NCBI GenBank assembly: GCA_964188305.1
Contig: OZ076889.1
Source: Podarcis bocagei
Taxonomy: Eukaryota
Reading direction: 5' to 3' (one strand)
Length of the DNA: 64,000 bases
The position numbers and the translations under genes were made by a program. The notes under the pieces were generated by a model. It was not told where the DNA came from. It did not search any database and saw nothing but the letters and a program-made list of their open reading frames with translations. Below are positions 62,245 to 64,000 of this stretch, in pieces; positions within the stretch are counted from its first letter, which is position 1, and every line of letters begins with the position of its first letter.

Positions 62245-64000
62245 CTCTTCCCCCGCCCCCTCCAACGGAAGTCAGGCAAATGGGGAGTTTTGCTTACCAT
62301 TAAAGCGGATAGATAAAAGGAGTTGAATTTCTGTTTGTTGACATGACAGTTAAAGGGTACAGGAGCCTTGCCATCTCTCCTTGTGCTCATTTTTCCATTT
62401 TAGCTCACATGGACTGCAAGGGCATAAAAGTCATGCATCTGCAAAGTAGCAGAGAAGCACTCAGCAGACATTCAACAAGCACATCTCTTGCATTTCAGGC
62501 CTTCTCATGATCTCTAGCTACACTGGATTGCCTCTAGTCCTATACAGTACTAGGTTCTCACCCCAATGCCATTTTTACCTGGAAATGATTCCCCATTTAT
62601 CTCAATAGCACTGCCCCCAGCACCACCGACATGTGGGCTTACAACTGCAGAAATAAAGTGATGCCAACCATGTAAGCTCAGGTATCTGACTGAGTTCAGC
62701 TGGACTACTCCTAATAAGCATGTTTTAGGATTATAACCTTAAGCAACAGTCCTATTCCTTTTATTGTTGCAGCAAAGGCAATACAGTACATGAGCAATTG
62801 TAGTTTTTCCAAGCACAGTGCTGCAATGATTGCAGGAGATGTACTAGGTGGATTCCTGTCCCCCTCACTAATGCCAAACTGGTAAAGTTCCAATTGTCTT
62901 TTCACCACTGGACAGGATAACCCAACATTCAGATAGCTAAAAGTGTCCTATTTTATTAAACCACTGAGTTGTTTAACTGAGGCATGATTCTGAATCGTAG
63001 AATTTTAAAATAATAGATTTTTTAAAACAAACAAACAAAAAAGCTAGCAAATTAAATACTACTCCCTTTCTTTTGAGCAGAATGATTCTTCAACCATTTG
63101 CTCTTGCTCAGGTAAGGCTGACATCTTGTGGTCACCAGGAACATTTCAGTCTATTAACCAAACATCTGCATGCCCCCTCAGATACAAGCAAGCATGCTAA
63201 TGACTGCATTATCATTTAAACAAAACACAAAACAGTCTGGAGCAATGTAAGATGCAATTATTTCACCTAATTAGATCTGGTGCTGGTTTCAGTCCTGGAT
63301 GCTGATGAGACAAGCTGAAGCATAATTGGAAAGATTAAAATGCAGCTATCGGTAATCTGGCTGTTTGGTTAACTAGATTATTTCTTGCAAGGTTTGGAGA
63401 ATTCTAAAGTGAAAACTATTTTGGGAAAGAGGGGAGGGGTCAAAACAAAAGAAGCATATAGTATGTTTGCAGGGTGAGTAAATGCAAAAAGGTTGTTATT
63501 TTTTAAGCACTTCTGCAGAGGCAGGAATTTTGGCAGGTGGAGTTTGACTTTGACATGCTGCAAGGGATGGAAAAGTTGAACCAGCTGAGATTCATTATTC
63601 TCCAGATCAATCAAAGATATATCTATGCCAGATATTTAAACTAGCTTATTATTTATTTCAAAATATCTACCCACACACCTACAGCATTTTCCCTAGTGAC
63701 ATGCAGTTAAAAACATTCTGTATAGCTGATGGAATCCAGTTGCTTTCCTTGCAGGTCCCCCGGCAGCTTCTGATTCTGCAGGTGCCTCTGCCAACAAAAA
63801 AGGAGGGGAGGCAATTTTTGCCCCAATGACAAATTTTAAAAAATCATATTCAGATAGTTGGGGGATTCTTTGGAGCAGGGTGGAAGATGGTGTGAAGTTC
63901 TGCTGAGTGATGAACAAACCAGCAAAAATTGCTTCCCTGCCTCATCCACTAGTGGAGGCACTCACTTGATTAGAAGCCCTTCCACCGGTGCAATGGGAAT

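Noticed and set aside
54-63917. Most ORFs in the six-frame track
   Set aside because: Short, no recognisable domains, many from microsatellites, gaps or repeats; only those overlapping exons 8, 9 and 10 contain real coding sequence
46300-64000. VAV3 3' end (downstream neighbour in mammals)
   Set aside because: No SH3/SH2-like exon recognised on the minus strand in this window

Overview
Vertebrate genomic DNA, almost certainly from a squamate and probably a lacertid lizard (Sauria SINE and Squam3-type SINE copies, lizard-type L2/CR1/L1 relics, hAT, Tc1-mariner and Harbinger-like MITEs). It holds the 3' part of the netrin-G1 gene (NTNG1) on the + strand. Two short cassette exons that the ORF track misses (2684-2749, 5428-5487) are followed by two laminin-EGF exons (13386-13553, 22219-22356) and the terminal EGF plus GPI-signal exon (44950-45185), with a 3' UTR to about 46285. 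All internal exons are symmetric phase 1-1. The upstream exons are outside the window. The last ~18 kb appears intergenic, with repeats and enhancer-like sequence. Most notable observations: two candidate extra 30-nt in-frame microexons in the variable region (1800-1829, 3598-3627), a sense-oriented solo LTR with a CCAAT-box array upstream of the first LE exon, complementary MITE arms flanking the second LE exon, a CpG-rich mariner MITE with a palindromic 24-bp minisatellite, and a SINE whose 5' end was rebuilt by nested fold-back synthesis. No bacterial-type system (CRISPR, operon) is present. Comparisons to mammalian sequence and repeat family names are from memory, not from database searches.
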